In this document: positions 46,798-55,704 of the stretch, piece after piece
Layout: the number at the start of each line of letters is the position of its first letter
Numbering within the stretch: the first letter of the stretch is position 1
Assembly (NCBI GenBank): GCA_964494945.1
Contig: CAZBTX010000005.1
Location: forward strand, 1-57,437
Length of the DNA: 57,437 nt
Direction: 5' to 3'
DNA from: an uncultured Candidatus Saccharibacteria bacterium
Lineage (GTDB): Bacteria; Patescibacteriota; Minisyncoccia; Sungbacterales; JACQCQ01
The notes under the pieces: model-generated
Database searches by the model: none
Seen by the model: only the letters and a program-made list of their open reading frames with translations
What the model was told of the DNA's origin: nothing
Made by a program: the position numbers and the translations under genes

Positions 46798-48135
46798 ATG
46801 CCAAAATCTGGTCGTTTAATAGGGATAGTGGGTGGGACAATTCTTATAGCATTTAGTTTTAGTTCTCATATTTCGTGGGCTGATGATTTTACAAGCTCCA
46901 ATTTTATCGTGAGGGATCCCGTAATGAACATCGGCGGCGAACGTTCCACTTCCACGGCCTTTGAGTTATTCAGCAGTTTGGATTCACAACCTATCGGCGA
47001 AAACTCCTTTGGCGCTTTCATTTCACGTTCTGGGTTTATCTATTTTCCCGTTGTAAGTTCTCCCGTGGTCTCGGCCACGGCGGGGGATAGTCAAGTTTCT
47101 CTTTCCTGGTCAGCCGCGGTAGGGGCTCTGGGCTGGGTCGTATCCGGTTACAATGTGGGACAATCAACAACCGCTGGCGGGCCGTACACTTTTTCAGCTT
47201 CTTTGGGGAGTGATACGAGTTCAACGCGGACAGGCCTCACCAACGGCACCACTTATTACTTTGTGGTAAGGGCTGAAGATGCCTTCGGCAACTTTATTGC
47301 TACCTCAACCGAAACATCGGCAACCCCGGTTGCCGCGACACCAGCTCCAACGCCAGCTTCTTCGTCAGGAAATAGCGGAGGAGGTGGTGGTTACATTACG
47401 CCATCAGGAACTAGCGATGTTATTTTTTCCGGCCGCGCCTATCCCTTAAGTACCGTAGTACTTTTAAAAGACGCTCAAATCGCTGTTTCAACCATTGCTG
47501 GTCCAGATTCAAATTTTCAGATTTCTCTTACCGGTCTCTCAGCGGGCAGTTACACATTTTCTTTATACGGGCAGGATAAAAACGGCTTGAGATCTACGCT
47601 TTTTACTTTTTCTGTTACTTTAACAGCCGGCGCTGCTACAAATGTAGGTGGTATTTTTGTTGCTCCGACAATTTCAGCTGATAAAATTGAAGTAAAAAAA
47701 GGCAACGACATATCGATTTTCGGGCAGACCGCCTCACAAAGCGAGGTTACTATTATAGTAAACTCTGATAAAGAATATTTTGCTAAAACCAGATCTGATA
47801 AAAACGGTGTATATTTGTATAACTTTGATACTTCTCCTCTGGATTTGGGGAATCATAGCACGAAGTCAAAATCAGCTATTAACGGTTCTGCGTCAAGTTT
47901 CAGCAGTATTATATTGTTTAAAGTTGGCATGGAGAATGTTTTAGCGTCGAAACGCGTAGACCAGATAATTTTAAAGGGAGATGTTGACGGTGGCGGTCGG
48001 GTTAACTTAGTTGATTTTTCCATTATCGCGTATTGGTATCAAAGACCGTCCCCTCCGTCAAAAGTTGATTTAAACGGCGATGGTGAAGTTGATTTAGTTG
48101 ATTTTAGTATAATGGCTTATTATTGGACTGGCTAA
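46798..48135 (+). CDS. Secreted FN3 + dockerin-type protein
   Basis: VSLSWSA..GLTNGTTYYFVVRA (FN3); duplicated DxxGxGxVxLVDFSI.AY.W Ca-binding repeats. Confidence 0.85.
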   Translation: MPKSGRLIGIVGGTILIAFSFSSHISWADDFTSSNFIVRDPVMNIGGERSTSTAFELFSSLDSQPIGENSFGAFISRSGFIYFPVVSSPVVSATAGDSQVSLSWSAAVGALGWVVSGYNVGQSTTAGGPYTFSASLGSDTSSTRTGLTNGTTYYFVVRAEDAFGNFIATSTETSATPVAATPAPTPASSSGNSGGGGGYITPSGTSDVIFSGRAYPLSTVVLLKDAQIAVSTIAGPDSNFQISLTGLSAGSYTFSLYGQDKNGLRSTLFTFSVTLTAGAATNVGGIFVAPTISADKIEVKKGNDISIFGQTASQSEVTIIVNSDKEYFAKTRSDKNGVYLYNFDTSPLDLGNHSTKSKSAINGSASSFSSIILFKVGMENVLASKRVDQIILKGDVDGGGRVNLVDFSIIAYWYQRPSPPSKVDLNGDGEVDLVDFSIMAYYWTG

Positions 48136-48138
48136 AAT

Positions 48139-49026
48139 ATGAATTACTTCATGGAAAAAATAATAATTATTTTTATTACAGTAATTTTGTTGTTTTCAGC
48201 CAATCATGTCTTAGCGGCACAGCTCTATTTCTCGCCCGTAGAAGGCAACTTTTCACAAGACCAAACCTTGGTCGTAGAGTTAAAAATTAATACTGAAAAC
48301 GTGCCGGTGAATACCATTGAAGGATATCTGCGATTTTCGCAAGATATTTTTTCTTTAGAAGGATTGTCAGACGGTAATTCTATAATTAATTTTTGGGTAA
48401 AAAAGCCGATTTCTAAAAACGGATTAATTTCTTTTATCGGAATTATCCCGGGCGGTTATAATGGCAAGGACGGCACCTTAATAAAGATCCTTTTAAAACC
48501 AGTTAAAGTTGGGCTCGGCGAAATTAAGATTGAACAAAATTCCCAGGTTTTACTTAACGATGGCCAAGGTACCAAGGCAAAAATAAATTATGGTATCGCT
48601 TTTTTAAATATCATTAAAAACGGCATTTATCTTGAGGTTAATAAAGATGTAGAGCTTCCGGAATCATTTTCCCCACAAATTGCGAGAGACCCAGATATTT
48701 TTGGCGGCCAATGGTTTTTAACTTTTTCCACACAAGATAAAAACTCCGGCATTGATCACTACGAAGTACAAGAGACAAGAGATAAAGAACAAAGAACAAA
48801 CCGATGGATTGTAGCAGAAAGCCCCTATGTTCTAGAAGACCAAAAATTACATAGCTATATATATGTAAGAGTCGTTGATAAAGCAGGAAACAAAAAAATA
48901 GCATCACTATCTCCGACATTTGTACCTTGGTATAAAAAGCCAATTGTACGTACATACGTGGTTTTGGCAATTGTAATTGTGCTATTATTACTTGAACGGC
49001 TATGGAAGAAGTTAAAACGCAAATAG
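48139..49026 (+). CDS. Cohesin-like domain protein with C-terminal TM anchor
   Basis: VELKINTE..VNTIEGYLRFS..GNSIINFWV..FIGIIPGGY..VLLNDGQGT. Confidence 0.75.
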   Translation: MNYFMEKIIIIFITVILLFSANHVLAAQLYFSPVEGNFSQDQTLVVELKINTENVPVNTIEGYLRFSQDIFSLEGLSDGNSIINFWVKKPISKNGLISFIGIIPGGYNGKDGTLIKILLKPVKVGLGEIKIEQNSQVLLNDGQGTKAKINYGIAFLNIIKNGIYLEVNKDVELPESFSPQIARDPDIFGGQWFLTFSTQDKNSGIDHYEVQETRDKEQRTNRWIVAESPYVLEDQKLHSYIYVRVVDKAGNKKIASLSPTFVPWYKKPIVRTYVVLAIVIVLLLLERLWKKLKRK

Positions 49027-50060
49027 TCGCTAAACAAAATTATACGCAAAACAGACGCAAAATCTTTAGCGTTTATTCGGTGTTTTTATTTGGCGTCAGT
49101 TTGGCATTGCCCGCAATAGCAGAAGCGGCAAGTTTACATTTTTCTCCTTCTTCGGGGAGTTATGCGCATGGCCAAAATTTTAGCGTTAGTGTATTAGTAA
49201 ATGCCGATCAATCAGCAAATGCAGTTCGCGGGGTGATTTTATTTCCCACCGAATATATTAGCGTTATTTCAGTAGATTATACGGATACAGTCGTTGACCT
49301 TTGGGTTCAAAAACCGTCATTTTCTAATTCCAGCGTTGACGGGAATGTTATTTTCGAAGGGGTTATATTAAACCCCGGTTTTACGGGATCGGGCGGCAAA
49401 ATATTTAATATTATTTTAAAAGTAAAAAAACAAGGTTCTGCCAGCGTAAGAATGACTGATTTTGCCGTACTTGCCAATGATGGCTTGGGAACAAATATAG
49501 CAGTCGCCAGCGATGATGCTAATTTTGCTTTTACAAAGCCGCTTCCGCAGGGAGAAAGTAAATCAGTTGAAGACAAAATAAACACAATAGGGGAGAAAGT
49601 TAAAAAAATTGAAGAACAAAACAAATTACTACATTTAGTGCAAGAATCCGATTTTTATCAAAGGATAGATAATCTTTGGAAAATTTTGCCGCTTTGGATA
49701 AAATTTGTCGCAATAATTCTTATTGGCGCGGCTATTGTATTTTCATTGTTTGTTTTCAGTTTGATAATAGTGCTGGTTATATGGGCTTGGAATTATTTAA
49801 GATACAGACGTGAATACGTAAGATTTCAATTTGAACATTTTATTAAGACTATTAAACTTTTCAGCCGCAAAATAATGTTGTTTTTAGGTATGGTGGAAAA
49901 AGAATTGGAAAGTGACATAGTTTACGACTACGATCAACTTAAAGAAAATTATCGCGAAGCTAAAAGACATTTATCCATAAAAAAATTATTAAAAGATCAT
50001 TTTTCTATGTCTACACGTATTATTAAAAGATTTTTTATTATAAACAGTAAAAAACGATAA
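49002..50060 (+). CDS. Cohesin-like domain protein with TM segment and basic tail
   Basis: FSVSVLVNADQSANAVRGVILFP..LWVQKP..VLANDGLGT; start uncertain. Confidence 0.75.
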   Translation: MEEVKTQIVAKQNYTQNRRKIFSVYSVFLFGVSLALPAIAEAASLHFSPSSGSYAHGQNFSVSVLVNADQSANAVRGVILFPTEYISVISVDYTDTVVDLWVQKPSFSNSSVDGNVIFEGVILNPGFTGSGGKIFNIILKVKKQGSASVRMTDFAVLANDGLGTNIAVASDDANFAFTKPLPQGESKSVEDKINTIGEKVKKIEEQNKLLHLVQESDFYQRIDNLWKILPLWIKFVAIILIGAAIVFSLFVFSLIIVLVIWAWNYLRYRREYVRFQFEHFIKTIKLFSRKIMLFLGMVEKELESDIVYDYDQLKENYREAKRHLSIKKLLKDHFSMSTRIIKRFFIINSKKR

Positions 50061-50187
50061 GGAATTTATGAAAACAAATAAGGGAATATATTCTCAAAAA
50101 AGAGATTGAGGACATAGAGAAGCTGGGTTAAATTTTAGGTAAAAATGCCCTGATGGGCGGGTCTGTCTTTGACTAGGTCTCTATTTT

Positions 50188-51390
50188 TTGTGTACTCTTT
50201 TAGTCATGTATCTCCCAGCGGAGATTAGTAAAAAGAAAAAAGTTATAGTGGGGATGTCTGGGGGCGTGGATTCATCTGTCGCCGCGGCTTTGCTGAAACA
50301 TGCCGGATATGATGTGGTCGGCGTTTTCATGAAAAACTGGGCTGACCCCAAGTATCCCTGTCCGTGGGAAGACGACCGGCGGGACGCCATGAGAGTGGCG
50401 GCGATTTTGGATATTCCTTTTCAGACATGGGATTTTAGCCGCGAATACCGCGCGGCCGTGGTTTCTTATATGATCCGCGAGTACGCGGCCGGTAGAACTC
50501 CCAATCCAGATGTGATGTGCAACCGGGAAATTAAGTTCGGCATATTTTTGAATAAAGCACTTTCGCTAGGCGCGGATTTCGTGGCGACGGGGCATTATGT
50601 CCGGCTGTTGCCGGAATTCTCAATTTCCAATTCTCAATTTTCAAACAGTGAAAAAAACTTGGGAAATTATGAAATTGAAAATTCATTGAAAATTAAAAAT
50701 TATAAATTGAAAATTGCAAAGGACTTGAATAAGGACCAGTCGTACTTTCTCTGGACTTTAACGCAGGATCAATTAAAGCACGTTCTGTTTCCCATCGGAG
50801 ATTACACCAAACCCGAAGTTCGCAAAATGGCGGCGGAATTGGGATTGCCAACGGCGGAAAAACCGGATTCGCAGGGCGTTTGTTTTGTGGGCGAAATTGA
50901 CGTGGTTGAATTTTTGAAAGATCACATTCCCACGGAGAAAGGCAAGGTACTGACGACAGCTGGAAAAATAGTAGGGGAGCATGACGGCGTTTCTTTTTAC
51001 ACCATTGGCCAGCGGCACGGCATGGGCGTCGGTGGCGGCATTCCCTTTTATGTCGCGGAAAAAGATATTAGAACAAATACGCTGGTAGTCGCCCAAGGCC
51101 CGAATGACAATAAGCTTTTTGCCAGGGAGCTTGTAGCTATTGATGTTAACTGGATTAGCGGTGTACCTAGTTTTCCGTTGAAATGCGAGGCACGCATTCG
51201 GTATCGCCAGCCGCTCCAACGATGCAGCGTTCGGCGACAAGCGACAAGTGACAAGCGACAAAGTAAGGGGACATATCACATATCACATGTCACATGTCAC
51301 TTTGAGGAAGACCAGCGGGCAGTAACACCGGGACAGTCGGTTGTTTTCTATAAAAATGGGGTGATGCTGGGGGGCGGAATTATCGCTTAG
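50188..51390 (+). CDS. mnmA: tRNA 2-thiouridylase with two repeat-derived insertions
   Basis: GMSGGVDSS, TPNPDVMCNREIKF, ATGHY, KDQSYFL, DSQGVCF, TIGQRHG and AVTPGQS motifs. Confidence 0.97.
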   Translation: MCTLLVMYLPAEISKKKKVIVGMSGGVDSSVAAALLKHAGYDVVGVFMKNWADPKYPCPWEDDRRDAMRVAAILDIPFQTWDFSREYRAAVVSYMIREYAAGRTPNPDVMCNREIKFGIFLNKALSLGADFVATGHYVRLLPEFSISNSQFSNSEKNLGNYEIENSLKIKNYKLKIAKDLNKDQSYFLWTLTQDQLKHVLFPIGDYTKPEVRKMAAELGLPTAEKPDSQGVCFVGEIDVVEFLKDHIPTEKGKVLTTAGKIVGEHDGVSFYTIGQRHGMGVGGGIPFYVAEKDIRTNTLVVAQGPNDNKLFARELVAIDVNWISGVPSFPLKCEARIRYRQPLQRCSVRRQATSDKRQSKGTYHISHVTCHFEEDQRAVTPGQSVVFYKNGVMLGGGIIA

Positions 51391-51459
51391 TTAAGCCAAA
51401 TTTTTCCATATTCCACACTTTATCCTCATTTGATACACAGCTTGACCCAATTTTTGGTG

Positions 51460-51488
51460 TTGACAAAGGAAGACCCGGCGGCTAGAGT
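51460..51488 (+). promoter_or_regulatory. sigma70 promoter
   Basis: TTGACA-17 bp-TAGAGT. Confidence 0.8.
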
Positions 51489-51493
51489 GACAC

Positions 51494-51988
51494 ATACCAG
51501 AAGTCCTGGAATTTACAAGAATCCAATCGCGGGGTGCCTCTCGGGGTGCTGCGCGTGCGGGTGGGAAGGCAGAGAGGTAAGCCTGAGAGCCGGAGCTAGA
51601 AGGCGAGGGTAACCTCAAGGCCGTTCTAGGTCCAACTTTATCCCCTCTGATCCGTGTCGGCACGCAAAAGCCGACGCTATACTTCGCAAGCGACCCACAG
51701 GGTCGCGGGCAGGTAAAATGATCAGGGCTGGAAAGCATCTTTGCTACGCTAAACAATGCGGCGCGGGTTACACCGCGCGGCTAGTAAGGCGAGTATCCTC
51801 TATGGCGGAGGATACGGCAGGATGCAGTTGGGCTGTAGGGAGGCGCGAGTCTCCAAGACAGTCCTGGTGGCGAGTTAAAAGTAAGCCGCCTAGCTGACTC
51901 CGGAACACCAGCTCTCTCTGTCTCCCACTTCGTTTTCGATGGACGCCCTGCGATGTGGGGCGGGGCCCGTGCGCAAGCCGGGCCTTTA
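51494..51988 (+). ncRNA. Unassigned large structured RNA candidate (~490 nt)
   Basis: Promoter upstream, at least 10 helices, GNRA loops (GTAA, GCGA, GCAA), terminal hairpin followed by TTT, no credible ORF. Confidence 0.65.
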
Positions 51989-52026
51989 ATTTTGGAGAAA
52001 ATCGGAAAATCTGCTTTAATACCCAA

Positions 52027-53952
52027 ATGGACTCGCAGGAGATACGCAAACGATTTCTTAAATTTTTTGAATCAAGAGGACATACTATCGTACCTTCATC
52101 TTCACTAATCCCGAGTGACCCCTCGGTGCTTTTAACCACAGCGGGCATGCAGCAATTCAAGCCCTACTACACCGGCGAAGCAGACCCCCTTTCAACCACA
52201 CATCCCACTCTTGGTAAACCGCTGGGGTCAAAAAATGCCGTTTCAGTCCAAAAATCATTTCGCACCTCGGATATTGACGAGGTCGGGGATGAAACGCACC
52301 TGACATTTTTTGAGATGCTCGGCAACTTCTCGTTTGGCGGGTATTTTAAAGAGGAGGCGATTAAACTTGCTTACGATTTTTTTAAGGAAATAGGACTTTC
52401 TATTGAGTATGTAACCGTATTCGGGGGCGATTCTGAAGTGCCGGCCGATACCGAATCTGAAGAAATTTGGAAGAAATTAGGTATTACCGATGTACAGAGA
52501 AGGGGCCGTGAAGACAATTTTTGGGGGCCGACGGGCACTGAAGGTCCTTGTGGCCCGACAACAGAGATTTATGTTAGAGATACGGAAATTTGGAACATTG
52601 TTTTCAATGAATATTATTGCAAGTCAGATAAAACCCTAGAGCCGCTTCCGCAAAAGGGCGTGGATACTGGCATGGGGCTTGAGCGGCTAGCTATGGTTTT
52701 ACAGGGCAAGGAAAACATTTTTGAAACTGACCTTTTTGCGCCCCCGCTTGAGCTTTTGCCGAACGAAGTTGATGTCCGCCACAAACGGATTATTACCGAT
52801 CACCTTCGCGGTTCAACTTTTCTGCTGGCTGACGGAGTAAGGCCGTCAAATAAGGAAGCTGGTTTTATCTTAAGAAGGCTTATGCGCCGGGCCTTTGGAT
52901 ACGAAAAGTTATACAATATTCCGGCTCATGTTTTTGACGCGATTGTTCATGATATTGTACAGGAATACGGTGAATCTTATCCTGAACTTCTGACGCATAA
53001 CGAAATAATTCGGGAAGAACTGCATTTAGAAAAGGAGCGCTTTATTAAAGCTAATGAGATAGTGACAGAAGCCGGAGAAAAATTGATTATCGAAAAAGCT
53101 AAAAAAGCTAAACCGGAATTAAAAATCACAAAGATGAACGAAGAAAGTCGGCATCAGCTAATTGAGCTATTCAGTGAGTTAAAAAAAGAGAAAAAGGCTA
53201 GATTACCATTAGGTCAGTCTATTCTTATACCCGGCAAACCGGTTTATCCAGTTCCATATCAGGATTTAATCGAGGCTACGACAGTATCTGGAAAAGAAGC
53301 TTTTGATATGCACCAAAATACTGGAGCTTCTCTGGAGTTGGTCGTTCAAATCGCTCAACGATTCAATCTGGACGTTGATGAAGAGGGTTTTTGGCAGGAA
53401 TTCGAAAAGCACCAAGAGATCTCTCGGGCCGGAGTTGAGAAAAAATTCGGAGGGCACGGGCTCCTGCTTGATACGGGAGAGTTAAAAGCGTCTGACGAGG
53501 GTGAGCTGAAAATTGTTACTCGTCTCCACACGGCGACCCACCTTCTCAATGCGGCGCTTCACAAGGTTCTTGGTGACGAAGTTGAGCAGCGAGGGTCGGA
53601 TATTACTGTGGAGCGGACGCGTTTTGATTTTCTTTTTCCCAGAAAATTGACACCCGAAGAAATTTCAAAAATCGAAGATTTAGTTAATTACGCAATTCAA
53701 AAAGATTTTCCGGTAACTATTCAAGAAATGGACGTAGAGGAGGCCAAAAAATCAGGAGCTTTGTTTTTCTATAAAGGGCACTACCCGGAACGCGTAAAAG
53801 TGTATACAGTAGGTGAGAAGGCGGAGGTCTTTTCCAAAGAGCTTTGCGGCGGGCCGCACGTGGCTCGTACGGGAGAAATAGGCATTTTTAAGATAATCAA
53901 AGAAGAAGCGTCATCGGCCGGCATCCGGCGTATCAGAGCCGTTATCTCGTAG
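52027..53952 (+). CDS. alaS: Alanine--tRNA ligase, short form (no C-Ala domain)
   Basis: LLTTAGMQQFK, HLTFFEMLGNFSFG, DTGMGLER, HTATHLL and ELCGGPHV motifs; ends at GIRRIRAV. Confidence 0.97.
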   Translation: MDSQEIRKRFLKFFESRGHTIVPSSSLIPSDPSVLLTTAGMQQFKPYYTGEADPLSTTHPTLGKPLGSKNAVSVQKSFRTSDIDEVGDETHLTFFEMLGNFSFGGYFKEEAIKLAYDFFKEIGLSIEYVTVFGGDSEVPADTESEEIWKKLGITDVQRRGREDNFWGPTGTEGPCGPTTEIYVRDTEIWNIVFNEYYCKSDKTLEPLPQKGVDTGMGLERLAMVLQGKENIFETDLFAPPLELLPNEVDVRHKRIITDHLRGSTFLLADGVRPSNKEAGFILRRLMRRAFGYEKLYNIPAHVFDAIVHDIVQEYGESYPELLTHNEIIREELHLEKERFIKANEIVTEAGEKLIIEKAKKAKPELKITKMNEESRHQLIELFSELKKEKKARLPLGQSILIPGKPVYPVPYQDLIEATTVSGKEAFDMHQNTGASLELVVQIAQRFNLDVDEEGFWQEFEKHQEISRAGVEKKFGGHGLLLDTGELKASDEGELKIVTRLHTATHLLNAALHKVLGDEVEQRGSDITVERTRFDFLFPRKLTPEEISKIEDLVNYAIQKDFPVTIQEMDVEEAKKSGALFFYKGHYPERVKVYTVGEKAEVFSKELCGGPHVARTGEIGIFKIIKEEASSAGIRRIRAVIS

Positions 53953-53968
53953 TCCATGGAGGAAGACA

Positions 53969-54412
53969 ATGCTCCATCTCCGTATAGTCGCGGTTCTTTG
54001 TTTCGCGGTGATGTGTTCGGCTACCGATCTAAGGGCGGGCCAGTTCTCGCTTGAACGGCTCTGGGGCGCCGAGCGTTACGATATGCGCGTGGTGATAGAC
54101 CCCAAACCGCCGCGTGAGCGCGGTATCACCGAGCATCTGTTGCTCTTTGTTCGTCGGCTTTCCGATCCGGCGGAGGCGCTCGTTTGGGAATTGGAAGTAA
54201 CGCCCCTCTCGGCGGTATCAAATATGGTGGCGTGCGATCCACCACCGGCTGCTGCCCGCGTTTACTTCTACCAATTCACCCAGGACGGGTTAGTCATCCG
54301 TTCATGGACGCGCGTCCTTGACTGCGAACTCTTCGCCGATCCATTGCGGCTACTCTGGACGGACGAAGAAGCCCTGGGCGCCGTACGAAGTTTCCTGGAT
54401 TTGCGCATATAG
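53969..54412 (+). CDS. Secreted hypothetical protein
   Basis: GGAGG RBS, signal-peptide-like N-terminus, downstream hairpin. Confidence 0.6.
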   Translation: MLHLRIVAVLCFAVMCSATDLRAGQFSLERLWGAERYDMRVVIDPKPPRERGITEHLLLFVRRLSDPAEALVWELEVTPLSAVSNMVACDPPPAAARVYFYQFTQDGLVIRSWTRVLDCELFADPLRLLWTDEEALGAVRSFLDLRI

Positions 54413-54430
54413 GGCGATGTTTAGGTTCCA

Positions 54431-54463
54431 CGCCCCCTCCCGACAACGTGTCGGGAGGGGGCG
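54431..54463 (+). terminator. Intrinsic terminator
   Basis: CGCCCCCTCCCGACA-ACG-TGTCGGGAGGGGGCG. Confidence 0.7.
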
Positions 54464-54507
54464 CTACTTTTGGGGATAGGATAGGGGAGCTATACTGAAA
54501 TAAGTTT

Positions 54508-55683
54508 ATGGCTTCAAGTGTTGGCAGAACGTCACGTATTCAAGTCGTCGCCGATTTTGGCGCGGTTTTACCGAGCGTTCTGGCATTTAGATTTTCCAAG
54601 AGAGATAAAAACATCCTATTTCTGGAACGTGAATCTTTGCACGTTCCGTCCTCGCTGGAAGGGCTGGAGTTTTTTCGTGCTTCTTTAAAAGCGCTGATTG
54701 ACTTTACGGATGGTCTGGGGCGTAAAACCGGAGATAAGGTCAAGAATATTCTTGTGGCCTTGCCTAATGATGCCGTTATTCGCTCTGTCCCCAGGCAAGT
54801 TAGGGCTACTCGTCCTCATCCTAACCTTCCCACGAGCCAAGAAGAACTTAAAGCACTCTGGAAAAGAATTTCAAGCCCTGAAACTATGGGCCAATTCATG
54901 GAGAACGGTACATTAAATCATTACGAGCCGATATCATACGAGCTTGAATCCATTGAACTTGATGGGTATCCCTTAGAGAACTCTTACGGCGCCAGTGGCA
55001 AAGAACTTTCAGTTTCGTTTATTGCCACGTTCTGGCCCCGTTCATATCGGGAAGTCGTTGAAAAAATCAAGCCGGCAGTACATTCGTCAAATTTGGATTT
55101 CATGCCAAGGATTGAGGCGCTCCGTTCCTATTTTCTTTTTTGCGAGGGGAGCAATGCCTCGGGGATATTTTTGGATATCGGTTTTAGGGATTCCCTTATT
55201 TTAGTATTTAAAGACGGCATAATAGCCGCTTCAAGTATTTTCCCGTTTGGCGCCGGCAATATTATGCGTTCTATTGGTGAACATTTTAAATTAACGGCAG
55301 ATAACGCTAGAGTTATTTATGGCCAATGGATTCGGGGAGAAGCGGATGCTGGTGTCGCGGGTCGGCTGGATAAGATCGCAACCCGCCAAATAGAGCTTTG
55401 GGAAAGAGAATCATCGTTCTTTTTGGGTAAGATCGCGAAACATCACGTTTTGAATCCCAACATTTATTGCACCGGTTGGGGCTCAACATTGCCAATATTG
55501 CTCGCTGAGCTTTCCGAGCCCAAGTGGCGGGAACATTGGTCGTCGGGCAGCGGTGAAGTTTCAGTGCTATTTCCTAGAGAACAAATATCCAAAATATTCT
55601 GCAACAACTCTATATTCAAAACCCCAGATGACTCCGTACTTTTCGCTTTGGTTTTACGTATGATGCAAAAGGATATAAAATAG
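54508..55683 (+). CDS. Divergent FtsA/actin-like protein
   Basis: VADFG, FLDIGFRDS, FPFGAGNI..IGEHFKLTADNA and CTGWGSTLP actin-fold signatures; C-terminal amphipathic helix. Confidence 0.7.
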   Translation: MASSVGRTSRIQVVADFGAVLPSVLAFRFSKRDKNILFLERESLHVPSSLEGLEFFRASLKALIDFTDGLGRKTGDKVKNILVALPNDAVIRSVPRQVRATRPHPNLPTSQEELKALWKRISSPETMGQFMENGTLNHYEPISYELESIELDGYPLENSYGASGKELSVSFIATFWPRSYREVVEKIKPAVHSSNLDFMPRIEALRSYFLFCEGSNASGIFLDIGFRDSLILVFKDGIIAASSIFPFGAGNIMRSIGEHFKLTADNARVIYGQWIRGEADAGVAGRLDKIATRQIELWERESSFFLGKIAKHHVLNPNIYCTGWGSTLPILLAELSEPKWREHWSSGSGEVSVLFPREQISKIFCNNSIFKTPDDSVLFALVLRMMQKDIK

Positions 55684-55704
55684 CGGAGGGTCTGGTAATT
55701 TCAT

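Noticed and set aside
51893-51911. GACTCCGGAACACCAG as a trans-acting replacement for the missing rnpB CR-I/P4 strand
   Set aside because: It resembles the predicted UCCGAACACCAG but lacks the invariant GGAAAGUC, and CACCAG already pairs locally with 51864-51869
51494-51988. Canonical T-box, tmRNA, or group I/II intron
   Set aside because: No UGGNACC bulge, no tRNA-like ends, no domain V, only fragmentary group I P/S-like words, and no interrupted host gene
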